From the human T2T-CHM13v2.0 reference genome, Homo sapiens: a stretch of 64,000 nucleotides of DNA. The stretch lies in the NCBI RefSeq assembly GCF_009914755.1, contig NC_060930.1. One strand, written 5' to 3'. The notes under the pieces were generated by a model. That model searched no databases. It worked only from the letters and a program-made list of their open reading frames with translations, and was not told where the DNA came from. The position numbers were made by a program, and so were the translations under genes. Positions 20,581-31,870 of this stretch are shown here, piece by piece (within the stretch, counting starts at the first letter, position 1; each line of letters opens with the position of its first letter).

Positions 20581-22030
20581 ACAGTAGCACTGTACTTCTC
20601 TAAAAGCCACAATAGCTCTCACAAAGATTGTACGAGGGGCTTTGTTTTGAACCTAATTGACTCTTTGTAAACATACAGTTCTTAATGAAGTTTTTCTGTT
20701 TTTCTAGAGTACAACAGATTAGAAGCAGAAAAATAAGAAAAGATAAATGGATGTTGGAGACAATCACAGTTCATTCAACGAACAAGTATAAAGTGTCTGC
20801 TGGACTGGGGAAGCATCAACAGCCAAAATACAATCCCAGCCTTGAAGGAGTCCACAGTGCAGATGGTGGCAGAGACACCCAAACAACCATAATGATAACT
20901 AAACACCTAATTGAGAGATAGAAGAATAAGCAGTTGATACAACTGTATTAACATCCAATACAATAAAGCTTACAGGGATGGTCTTAAGTCATAAGGAAAA
21001 GGTCAAGTTTTGTTTCATAAACTTTTGGAAAGTTAAGGAAATTAACATATTTTATAAGTATTAGCTAAAATATTGTTATATTTAAAGGTTTAAAGCTTAC
21101 AGAGAAATATTTTTACACATTAAGAAACTTATCTGAATAGGAATACTCAATATTGTTAAAATGTTAGTTCTTCCTAACATACATTCAGCACAATCCCAAT
21201 CAAAATCCCAACAACTTATTTTGTGTATCAACAAACATGTAAACTAAAGTTTAAATGAAAAGACAAAAGACTACAAAAACCAATACTGAAAAAGAACAAA
21301 GTTGGAGGACTGACACTACCTGACTCTGAGACTTACTATAAAGCTACAATAATCAAAACAGTGTGGTATTTGTACAAGAACAGACAAATAGATCATGGGA
21401 ACAGAACACAGACCCCAAAAATAGACCCACACAAATAGAGTCAACTGATATTAAACTAAATAGCAAAAGATAATTCAATGGAGAAAGGATAGTCTTTTCA
21501 ATAAATGGTGCTGTAACAACTGGACATCCACATGCATAAAAAAAATGAAGCCAGACACAGACCTTACAACCTCACAAAAATTAACTTAGAATGGATCATA
21601 GAGCTAAATGTAAAATTCAAAACTATAAAACTCTTAGAAATAAAAATTGGAGAAACTCTAGATGACATTTTGTATGGTAATAATTTTTTAGATAAACGCC
21701 AAAAGCATAATCAATGAAACAAAAAATTGGTAAGTTGGGCTTCATGAAAATTAAAAACTCTGCTCTACAAAAGAAACTATTGAGAGAATGAAAAACAAGC
21801 CACAGATTGAGAGAAAATATTTGCAAAACATATCCAATAAGAGACTTGTATCAAAATCTACAAAGAACTCAATACTCAACAAGAAAACAAACAACTTTAT
21901 TACAAAATGGCCAATATATCTGAACAGAGCACCTCACTAAAAAAGATATACATATGGTAAATAAATATATGCAAAGATGTTCAACATGATATGTTACTAG
22001 GGAATTGTAAATTAAAATAACAGTGGGATA

Positions 22031-22369
<339 letters not shown>

Positions 22370-22860
22370 CTATTAGAATGGTGAAAATCCAAAAAAACTA
22401 ACAGTATCAAATGCTGGCAGGGATGTGGAACAATATCTCATTCATTGATGGTGGGAATGCAAAATGGTACAGCCACTTTGGAAGATAGCTTGGCAGTTTC
22501 TTAACAAAGCTGAAACCTCATCTTACCAATACAATTCACCAATTGCACAACTAGGTATTTACCCAAGTAAGTTGAAAACTCAAGTCCACACAAAAACCTG
22601 CCCACAAATGTTTATAGTAGCTTTACTCATAATTGCAAAAAAACTGAAAGCAACTAAGATGTCCTTCAAAAGGCAAATGGATAAATAAACTGTGGTATAT
22701 CCATATAACGGAGTATTATTCAGCAATAAAAAGAAATGAGCTATCAAGCCACTTAAAGACATAAAGTAATCTTAAACTCATGTTCCCTAGTGAAAAGAAA
22801 CCATCTGAAAAGGCTACCAAACTATACATATACTATACTATATGATTCATCTATAGAAGG

Positions 22861-23045
22861 TGTTGGGGTTCAATCAGGCTGGTGGGAAAAATATTAAATA
22901 TAGTTATAGTAGTAGTCAAAAACTCTCAGGCCTTTAAAGATAGTTATAGTAATAGTCAAAAACTCTCAGGCCTTCCAAGAGAGTTTTTGACTATTACTAT
23001 AACTATCTTTAATATTTTTCCCACCAACCTAATTGAACCCCAACA
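22861..23045. mobile_element. Fold-back palindrome of LTR22 (HERV-K HML5)-like 5' ends
   Basis: 67-bp inverted arms (63/67 identical) beginning TGTTGGGGTTCAATCAGGCTGGTGGGAAAAATATTA; internal 40-bp tandem duplication; flanks AGAAGG/AGAAGA. Confidence 0.75.
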
Positions 23046-23632
23046 AGAAGACACTCTGAAATAGCCAAAAGGATAGTGACAATGAAAAGATCGATGGTTG
23101 CCAAAACTTTGGAACAGGGGAGTGGGTAACAGATGAATAGGTGGAGCACAGGGGATTCTTAGAGCACTGGAACTATTCTGCAGGGCACTGTAATGGTGGA
23201 TACAGAACAGTGTACACTTGTCAAAACCCATAGAATGTACAGCACAAAGAGTAAACCCTAAACTCTGAACTTCATTTAATAACAAGGTATCAGTATCAGT
23301 TTGATACTAACAAGTGTTAGTGTACAACAGTAACAAGTGTACCCAGGGAAACTGAAACGTAGGTGAGAGGAAATATGTGGGAACTCTCTGTACTATCTGC
23401 TCAAATTCCTGTAAACCTAAAACTGCTCTAAAAAAATAAAGTATTAATTTAAAGAAATTATCTTATGTATAATGCTCATTTTCCCCAAATGCCAAACAAC
23501 AAGGCTCTACTGGAATAAGCAGCTGTTGCTCACTGTTAAGTCTTTATCTACACTAAACTGGCTTTTTATAAATTGTCAGTCACTTTCAGATACGCTCAAA
23601 TAATGACCACATAAATTACGGGTAGGCTCTGG

Positions 23633-23797
23633 GCAGGGTTTTTAAAAGTGTGGTCCTCAAACCACCTACACCAAAATCATTTGGATGCTTGTTAAAAATC
23701 ATATCCCTACTAAATCAAAACCTCAAAAGGCAACCAATCTGCATTTTTAACAAGTTCACTGGGGATCATGATGCACAATGCATGTGAGAAGCACTGC
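23633..23797. mobile_element. MER5B/MER5-like hAT-Charlie MITE
   Basis: CAGGG..AAAGTGTGGTCC, GCTTGTTAAAAAT, TGCATTTTTAACAAG, GAGAAGCACTG. Confidence 0.7.
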
Positions 23798-24652
23798 ATT
23801 AATAACATATAAGGATACTTAAGGAATACTCCTTTTATCTTACTGCTTATAAAAAGCAAACAATTAAAACATACCAGCTGCTCAGTAATTGAGAACAGGT
23901 TTTTCTTCATCTCCTTCACACAAAATGACAGTCAGTGACTTATTTGGCAATTTCAGGAATCTCAGCCATAAGGACTAAATTCTCCAGAAGCCCTTTATTA
24001 TCTCACACTATGTTAAAGAAATGCTGTTTTTTCAAGAAAGAAATAACTGGATGGTGAAGACGAGAATGATGCTTATGGCCCTTTTGTATCTTTTTTCATT
24101 GAAGTCTTATGAATCACACTTTTAATAAAAGATTAAAGAAGACATTTCTGATGCTTTATCATTTACTATTACCTAAATTGAATAAACATTTTTCAATAAA
24201 ATTTTCACATGACATTGTCAATTCCTTTTTCCCTCTAAGAAAATTACTTTCTATGAAATCGTTTTGGTCTTGACCTTTTCAAGAAGATATAATTTTCCTG
24301 CATTTCTATCAAAGAAGGTCACAGTGTCAGAACACAGGGCAGCCTCACAGCAATGCCCTAGAACAATCACAGAATGGACCTGAACAATCCCAGTTATCAT
24401 CATTTCTTTCAGGCTCTCTACCTTGTCCTTTTGTGATCATGGCAATTTAACTTTAAGCTGTATGGTATTGTTATTAGCTCAATTTATCTCACAGTCAAAC
24501 TTCAAGCAATCTTTACTATTCAGTACATAGCAGACATGTGTCTTTCAAATTGTTGCCTCATATTCCTGCCTCCTTTCCCTCCAACCATCACATTTATAGG
24601 CCTTCCTTAGTGAAAATGCTCTAGTATTCATCATTTATACTATAATCTAAGG

Positions 24653-24840
24653 CAGTGCTGCTCACATTTGAGTGTGCATCAGAATCACCTGGAGGGCTTG
24701 TTAAACTGTAGATTGCCGGGCCCACCTCCAGAGTTTCTGATTCAATGGGTCTGGGATGGGGCCTGAGAATTTGCATTTCTAATGTGTTCCCAGATGATGA
24801 TTATGATGGTGGTCCAGGGACCACACTTTAAGAACCACTG
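24653..24840. mobile_element. MER5A hAT-Charlie MITE
   Basis: CAGTG..TGCATCAGAATCACCTGGAGGGCTTGTTAAA..GAACCACTG. Confidence 0.9.
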
Positions 24841-25043
24841 ATATAGGTAATTTGCCATCTTTCTTCTGATGCTTTTTCCAGATAATGTTGTGTGTTTTAA
24901 TTTATATAAATTGCTCCGTGACTCATCAGAGTGAAAATCCTAATTATTAATAACAACTTCTAGACGGTGTATTAGAAACTATGCAAACTGACAACTGATG
25001 CAAATTGACAACTGCTTTTGACAGCAGCAGGGCCGCCACACAA

Positions 25044-25049
25044 TTTATT
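25044..25049 (-). terminator. Candidate poly(A) signal AATAAA of the decayed minus-strand gene
   Basis: AATAAA about 250 nt downstream of the terminal stop at 25302; hexamer is common by chance. Confidence 0.25.
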
Positions 25050-25301
25050 TTCTATTTTCCCACAGAAGACTATGAAACAAAAATTTCAAGTGAGCACCTG
25101 AGAACCCTAGCCTTTTACTAACCAAATCTTAACCAGTTGAGTCACTCATCTGTCTCTAGCTTAAGCATTTCCACTCAATTTCTACTTGCCTGCCTTGTCG
25201 TCTCAGCTGATCTGTTGGACTTGGTCCCAGTCCATGAAGACCTGCCTCTTTCCACCAGGAGCCCGTGCTCCCTACCACTCTGCAGAAGCTGACCCGCCTT
25301 T

Positions 25302-25518
25302 TTAGGGTCGAGTCATGGGTCGTCTCCATCTTGGCTCCCTGAGGATGAGGCGCTTCTGCCTAACTTCTTCCAGGGCTCCCAGACTTCTCTTCCTCTTGGC
25401 TGCCTCCCCTGGTGTGTTCTGGAGAAGAATATTCACTCTCTTGACAAAGGAATTTAAAGAGTGCCAGAGCTGAGGGGGGCCAGGGCCACATTGGGAACTG
25501 AGTACTTGAAAGTGCCCC
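25302..25518 (-). pseudogene. Candidate terminal exon (R)GHFQVLSSQCG...RRPMTRP*
   Basis: Pyrimidine tract then a non-canonical GAG acceptor; phase 2 matches the preceding exon; open to TAA. Confidence 0.5.
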
Positions 25519-25649
25519 CTCGGCGGATGGCAGGAAAAGGGGAGCATTCACACACAGGGGTATACTGTTGAAGAAATGCCAAGTCCTGCTTTCTTTGATT
25601 CTCTTTGAGTGTTTCTTCAAATAAGGTGCCCAGCAGAATGGCTTCTTAC

Positions 25650-25711
25650 CTTCGTATAAGAATGGCACATTCTGCTGAAAGATGTTGCGCCAGGAAGATG
25701 GAGATAAAATC
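25650..25711 (-). pseudogene. Candidate 62-bp exon DFISIFLAQHLSAECAILIR
   Basis: Acceptor ttgcttggtttcctcag|G, donor AAG|gtaag; phase 0 to 2; open. Confidence 0.65.
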
Positions 25712-25749
25712 CTGAGGAAACCAAGCAACGAGAAAGCCAGGCAACTTTA

Positions 25750-25765
25750 CCAGCAGAGGGCGCCA
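25750..25765 (+). promoter_or_regulatory. CTCF-binding motif
   Basis: CCAGCAGAGGGCGCCA matches the CTCF core consensus; ETS-like CAGGAAGT at 25785-25792. Confidence 0.7.
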
Positions 25766-25899
25766 GACCACCAGCGGCGCCTCACAGGAAGTCCGGGTCT
25801 GTAACCACTGGTAACTCTGGGGACAATGAAGGGAGGGGACACTGGATTATTATTATTGTTCCCATGTTATTTATTAAACCTCATGGCCAGAACACTAAC

Positions 25900-26130
25900 A
25901 AGCATTGTATAAAAAAAGAGCACAGGACTTGGAGTCTGAAAAGCCAGATTCTAGCATTTTGTAGCTTTTTGGCTTGGCCAAACACCCAGAGCCTCCATTT
26001 ATTTTCTTACCTATGAAATCGAAGGAAAAAATAATAATCGTAGCAATGGTGTGTGGCTTATCAACTTCACAGGTTTGCTATGAAGGCTGATAAATAAAAG
26101 GGAAAAAAAGATCTATAAGCACAAACCTTA
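25900..26130 (+). mobile_element. MIR
   Basis: AAGAGCACAGGACTTGGAGTC..GAGCCTC..CTATGAAAT core. Confidence 0.6.
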
Positions 26131-26187
26131 GTTATTTCTGGGGTTGTGAACTCAAAAGAAGTATATTAATCTTAAAGGGCAACTCAC

Positions 26188-26414
26188 TCCTCATGCCACA
26201 GAATCCGGATGCCTTATCACGTACTTCGGAAAGATACTTATGTTCCAGCCTGCACAGATAGTAGGGATTTGTGGAGTAGGGAGTCCATTCAGAGAGGCAC
26301 CAAATCCCACTGGGTAATTAATGGTACACGCCATTCCACCCCAATCTCGGGTACTTAAGTGAGGCCGGCAACAGAGAAGATTCTTCACAGTGTGAAGAAT
26401 CCAGGGGGAAAGAT
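26188..26414 (-). pseudogene. Candidate 227-bp exon (D)LSPWILHTVKNLL...IRHPDSVA*G
   Basis: Acceptor tggtttttctattag|A, donor GA|gtgagt; phase 1 to 0; single TGA at 26191-26193. Confidence 0.62.
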
Positions 26415-27184
26415 CTAATAGAAAAACCAAATCCAGGGCTGTCCTTCTAAAACAATTACTGGAAAATTGCAGAACCAGTCTGCCCCAGGGAACCTCAGGA
26501 AAAATATTACTTCGATTGTGTGATTGCATCTTTCACAGAGCATGCAAGAGCACTGCCGGGCACTGCAAGGCAGAAGCTAAGAGCTCCAGTAGTTATATTA
26601 TGCCTTTGTGGGATTGCTATGCTTAGCTTATATTGAAAGCAGCACAAAATTAAAATGCCAAAGTTAAAAATCACAAATTCTGAACTCAACTACAGGACAG
26701 AGTTCCAGGTGATTTCATTCTATTTTCATGTGATGGGCTATTAATTGCAATCACTGCACAGAATTTTTATTTAGGACAGCTAAGGTTTCTCTTGCCTCCA
26801 AGCCCCAACCAACGTAGTCCTCTCTGCTGGAGAAATTTCTCTAACCAATCTTCCTGTCATTTGCCTCGTGGGCTCGTTCAAATTGACACCTGAGAGTTAA
26901 TTTACACCTTCCTGTTTTACAAAAACAATCTAGAAGGTACCTAGCGATCTATCTCATTTGAATTAAAACACTAAATTTCAGTTTTCAGTCTTATATGGAT
27001 TATATAAATGGGAACCCTTGGGGAGAAGCCCAGATGAACTAGGAAAATTTTTCTGTCCTTTCAATTATTTTTTCAACACATCTGTGCTGGTTACTTTTAA
27101 ATCTACCTCTATCTCTTCTTTAAAATCCAGCTAACAAACAAGTCATTATAAATAGTGCCTTTTTAGAGAAGGAAAACATGTCAC

Positions 27185-27279
27185 CTCTCAATTCTGCTAC
27201 AAGGAAGTCGTTAATGTAGGTTACTGAATTAGAACAATCTCTGGAGTAGTCATGTCTTTTCTGGTCCTTAGGAATGGGT
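27185..27279 (-). pseudogene. Candidate 95-bp exon PIPKDQKRHDYSRDCSNSVTYINDFLVAELR
   Basis: ccctag| ... GAG|gtgaca; phase 2 to 1; open; splice sites weak. Confidence 0.5.
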
Positions 27280-27374
27280 CTAGGGAACTCTTTAAATTGT
27301 AACTATTATGTATTGCAATTTTTTAAAGCTAACATGTATTTATTTTAAGATCAACATAGCTTTATTTTGGATCT

Positions 27375-27768
27375 ACATAGTAGTGTGCCAAGTAGTGTGA
27401 CATTGCTTGTTCCCTCCCTTCTGGGGATATGGCAGTACCATGCCTGCTCCTGTGAAGTTGGGCAGGGCCAAGTGAAATGCTTTAGACAAGGACATGAGAG
27501 AGGAAGTCCATGTGTCACTTCCCATCAGAAGCCTTGGAAAGCCCATGCCTGATTGACCCTGTTCCCTCACCCTGTCAGAGGGTCCGGCAATGTACCATAT
27601 GTTGGAGGCTCCAACAGCCTGATCCTAGGGAAATCCTGAATCAGAGACACCTCCAAGTTGGACACGCAGTTTAGACAAATGACAAGCAATAAGTCTTTGC
27701 TATCTCAAGCCACTGAGATATTAGGGTTGCTTATACCACAGCATAATCCAGCCTACCCTACTGATGCC
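27375..27768 (+). mobile_element. MLT1 (MLT1I/J-like) MaLR LTR
   Basis: GTGTCACTTCC..AAGCCACTGAGAT..CACAGCATAA..AGCCTA end. Confidence 0.7.
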
Positions 27769-27914
27769 ACATCAGAAATTCTTGCCTCAACAATGTTCCA
27801 TGACCCAGACCTCTGTAACTGGTAGAGGTCAGGGAAGGGGTCAAGGGGCAGAGCTGTAAAGGGATATATGACCCAGATCATAGGTCAGAAGGGATATAGT
27901 TTTTGAAATATGGT

Positions 27915-28120
27915 GGGAAATTGTAGAAAGAGCCAGGCTTTCAGAGCGAACACAGCTCAGCATTCAAAATTTGGCTCTGAAACCACCCTTAATTACACAG
28001 ACAAGTTCCTTAAACTCTCTCAATCTCAGTTTCCTCCACCATAAAATAGGAATAATAATACCTTTCTTAAATGAGCACCTACAAGCAAAATACCTTTCAC
28101 ATAATTTCTCAAACTGTAGC
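27915..28120 (+). mobile_element. MIR
   Basis: ACAAGTTCCTTAAACTCTCT..CTCAGTTTCCTC..TAAAATAGGAATAATAATACCT. Confidence 0.75.
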
Positions 28121-28203
28121 TGCTATTTTTATCATCCATTCTTATAGAAGAGAATCTGACAATGGGCAGCACAAAAGCAGAATAAACATTTTCACTTGTT
28201 CAC

Positions 28204-28261
28204 CTTGGAAAAAGGTTATGCTAAGCCTTGCCACTTATATTTTTTGGTTAAACAACAAGCC
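28204..28261 (-). pseudogene. Candidate 58-bp exon (G)LVV*PKNISGKA*HNLFP(R)
   Basis: Acceptor tttgtatttcctgtaccag|, donor AAG|gtgaac; phase 1 to 2 fits both neighbours; two stops. Confidence 0.45.
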
Positions 28262-29067
28262 CTGGTACAGGAAATACAAATTTTTTTAATAGCAGTACTG
28301 GCATCTTACGAATGCAGAAAGTAATAAACATATAGATGTTAAGTATACAGAAAGTCAATGATAGAGAGGGATTTATTTATTTACTCAATTTATGAAATCG
28401 TGACCTTGAAACTCTTATGCAAAAAAAAGCCGTTAATCCCAATTTGTAAAGTATATGAAACTAGCAACAGGAGTTGTAATATAGATAAAAGACAACACAA
28501 GAAGAATTAGAATCGCTTTTAAAGCAACATTTGTCTGCTCCTTTCTCATTAAGCCTGTTTTAAAAGGTGAGGCATATTCCCGACCCTAAGAATTAAAATT
28601 CCTCACCCCAATCAGTCTGGTTTTGTACATTGAGATATATTGCCTTTCTCACAAGCTCTAAAAGATTTTATAAACCCTGAGGTAAGCAGAGATGAATTTC
28701 TTAATAAAAATTCAATTTGTAGGGTTTAGATATTATTTACTTCTTGATTGTAGAGTAATTTGTGAGCCTTACCCAACGTGGCTACATAACTTCTTCCTCT
28801 GGCAATGGGAGTGAAATTGATTGAATCTTTTCACAGAATAACATGAGTTGACCCAAATTTTTTTCTCTCAAGTCACATATATTACCCTGCTATTTACTTT
28901 CTGTCAAAATAATCCTAGCATGCCAGCCACCAGGCAAAACATCGATGTTATCTAAGAATTTTCATCTTTGCTTAGTAAATGATTCTGTTGGGTGACAGAT
29001 TCCTCTGCTCACCAAATCTATTAAAAAAAAAAAAAAAAAGTAACTCAGGCTTGTCCATTTGTTTCAC

Positions 29068-29552
29068 CTTTGTCAAAAATTTCCTGAAACAAGTCCTTGC
29101 TTTTCATTTGTGCTAAAGACTCCTTTCTTATTTGCGCTTCCAGAGCTATTAGTTTTCTGTAGTCATCACTCAGGACTTAATTATACCCTTAAAGCCATAA
29201 AACTTCCATACACCAGCCACACCACGTGCCTGCCTCCTGGTACACAGGCCAGTTGGAGGCCCCAGCTCTTTGGACTCAGCTGCATTTCATGGAGCACTGG
29301 CAAGGCAAGATGGTCCATATGGACACTGCAGTGCAGGACTTTCAGACCCCAGAGAAAAATAAATCCCATTATGTTCTCCCTGACTTGATCCGTTGAGATC
29401 ATAAATACATGGACAGAGCCCCTCTTTCCAGGGAGGAAGTCATTGCTGGAATGGGAAGCTGAACACGTGAGGATCGGCAATGGAATTCCCAGTGAGTTGT
29501 GCCTCCTGAATGACCTCTCTAACCAACTGTTAATCATTCAGCCAAACTTCAA
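29068..29552 (-). pseudogene. Candidate 485-bp exon with frameshifts, ending LSDDYRKLIALEAQIRKESLAQMKSKDLFQEIFDK
   Basis: Strong acceptor ttattactactttttccccag|, donor AAG|gtgaaa; overlaps ORF 29181-29537. Confidence 0.55.
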
Positions 29553-29629
29553 CTGGGGAAAAAGTAGTAATAAAATTAAATCACTCAAATCACATAGCAC
29601 ATTTTAGGATAATTTCAAGCAGAACCCAC

Positions 29630-30410
29630 AAGCCCAATAACATGCAGAGGATATTTCAAAGTCGAAAACCATATTTAATTCTCTCTGGGGCCAAGGCAGG
29701 GACACAGTAAAGGAGACATCTAACCGAAACTGCACAGAAGCCTCCAGTGCTTCAGGCTGGAAGTCACCAAACACTATATGGAAGCTGGCTGGGGAGTCTG
29801 CATTTCCTGAGGGCCACATGCTGGGAGTCTGGTTGTAATCATCATTATTATTGATCAGAACTGAACCTTGGTTGATGGTGTATGAAGTAGTATAATGATG
29901 TGAGCTTTTGGTGTGCAAACATACACAGTTCATTGACTTTACTCGCAAATCTCCACAGAGTGCTCATCAAACGGTATAGGAGCTGCCCCAGAAAGGAGTA
30001 TCCATCCAAAATAGTCAGTTACAAGATAAACCAAAAAGATAGTGGCCAGAGAAAGGAATTCCAAAATGACAGATATGTGTTACAAGTTCAGAAAAGCAGA
30101 GAAAATAAGAAACAGAAGCATAAAGCTGAGGTTAAAAAGGCTTCTCTCTCGAAGGCCTTTCCCACAAAGCAGTTGCTCAGAAAGCACAAATTGCCATAAA
30201 GGCAGCTTCTAAGAAGACAGTCAATAAGAAGGCTTTACTCAAAATGCTGAAGACCAGAGCTGCAGGCATTTTGGGACCCAGCCTAGATTATAGGTCAGAA
30301 AGACCAGGCTGAGAAGCCTCTGGTAAGAAATAATAAAAGTTTTTGATAACATGCCATCCAGATAAAATTGTGCCTCCTCCTGCTTGAGGACCAGCTGCAC
30401 TCCAGAGCTA
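29630..30410 (-). pseudogene. Candidate 781-bp exon with hydrophobic segments and frameshifts
   Basis: Acceptor tttgtttatttttaaaag|, donor CTT|gtgggt; overlaps ORFs 30239-30427 and 29604-29948. Confidence 0.5.
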
Positions 30411-30874
30411 CTTTTAAAAATAAACAAAAGCCTAACCCTGGATCGTTATTAAAGATTTCCATGAAGGGGGGCTGGTTGGGCAGCAGCAGAGGTATAGATT
30501 ATAATACAAAACACACAGTAAAACTTTCTAAAATCCTCCTGACTTCTCTCTGCCCCCACCCTGCCCCTCCCACCCCAGAGTCCTCCCTCTTGGCACAGCT
30601 GCACCTATTCTCATTCTCTGTCTCTGAAAATATTCTGGCATCACCTGGCTGGATGTCTCACTAACCTGTCAGCATCTTCCTTTAGGCCTCAGATAGTTTC
30701 AGGCTGTTTCTTAAGTGCAATCACCAGTCCTCCGTGGCTTCTTCAGTTTTTGTCTTCAACCATTTCCCTAACTGAATACAGGCATCCTGCGAGGAAGAAT
30801 CCCCACTCCTGATAAGACAGAAGAGAGGAAAAGTTTATACCAATTGCCCTTTGAATATTACTTTTCCTTTGTAA

Positions 30875-30900
30875 ACACACACACACACACACACACACAC
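30875..30900. repeat. (CA)n microsatellite
   Basis: Direct. Confidence 0.95.
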
Positions 30901-31041
30901 GTGTACACCTACAGACACATACATCACAATAGGCTATATGAAGAAGACAAAGTCATTAAAGTATTCAGTATGAACTGACACTCCTCATGACAAGACTCAT
31001 TCACTCCTGTGCTCTCATCAGAACTTTGGTCACTGTTTGAC

Positions 31042-31534
31042 AGTATTAGTTTCATATTGTTGCTGAGACAAACTAGACAAACTTAGTGGCCTAAGGCAAC
31101 GCAAATTTATTATCTTACAGTTCTGAAGGTCAGAAGTCTGAAAAGAATTCTAGGGCTAAGATTAAGGTATTGGCAGAGTTTGTTCTTTCTGAAAGTTCCA
31201 GGAGAGAAATCTGTTCCTTGTTTCTTCTAACTTCTAGAGGCTGTGGGCTTTTCCCGGCTGATGGGAAATTCCAGTCTCTTCTGATCTCTCATTTCAATCT
31301 CTTGCTTTTATGAACACATCTCCTACTACTCATTCTGATCTCCTGTCCCCCTCTTCTAAGAATCTTTGTGTTACATCAGACCCATCTGGATAATCCAGGA
31401 TAAGATCCTTAAGATCTCAAGATCATTAATTTAATCATATCTGCAAAGTCCCCTTTGTCTATAAGGTAACATTCACCAGTTCCAGGAACTAGAACATGGA
31501 CATGATTGGGGGACAATTATTTCAGTTTACTACA
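31042..31534 (-). mobile_element. MLT1 (MLT1D-like) MaLR LTR
   Basis: GTATTAGTTTC..AAATTTATTATCTTACAGTTCTG..ATAATCCAGGATAA..TGCAAAGTCCCTTTG. Confidence 0.8.
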
Positions 31535-31539
31535 CTGGC

Positions 31540-31870
31540 TCTCACATGCCACAAACTTCATTTGAAAAAATCAGTACAAATTCATGCAACAAAATTGCAA
31601 TGTGAAATTGCCAAACTTGCAAAAGATGAATGAATTCATAAAGTTGACCAAAGTTATGGTTGAGAGCTGCTGGAATTATGAGCAAAGCCATTGACAAATG
31701 AGGCTCCTGCAGAGACAGAACTCTTCAATCCAGCAAAGCAAGTGTTACTGAAATTCCTCCAGATGAAGACAGACCCTTAGGAAAACTAATGAAGTGCTCA
31801 ACTTTTTCCTTATGATGCAAAAATGTGAAATAAATAATCATACAATTATCTTTGAAACATTTTTTACCAA
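31540..31870 (+). mobile_element. Possible Tigger-type DNA transposon remnant
   Basis: Resemblance by eye only (GAGCTGCTGGAA..CCATTGACAAATGAGG). Confidence 0.3.

Noticed and set aside
22894-22973. Direct repeats as a CRISPR-like array
   Set aside because: Only two abutting copies, no spacers, eukaryotic context
24653-24840. Hairpin-forming sequence as ncRNA
   Set aside because: Explained by the MER5A MITE's inherent inverted structure
26191-26193. In-frame TGA as selenocysteine
   Set aside because: Other exons carry TAA/TAG stops and frameshifts; no SECIS recognised; CGA>TGA decay is simpler
26415-26450. VWA-like DLVFLLD and PDZ-like GFGFSI motifs
   Set aside because: They fall in the polypyrimidine tract of the better, phase-compatible acceptor; no MIDAS or PDZ continuation
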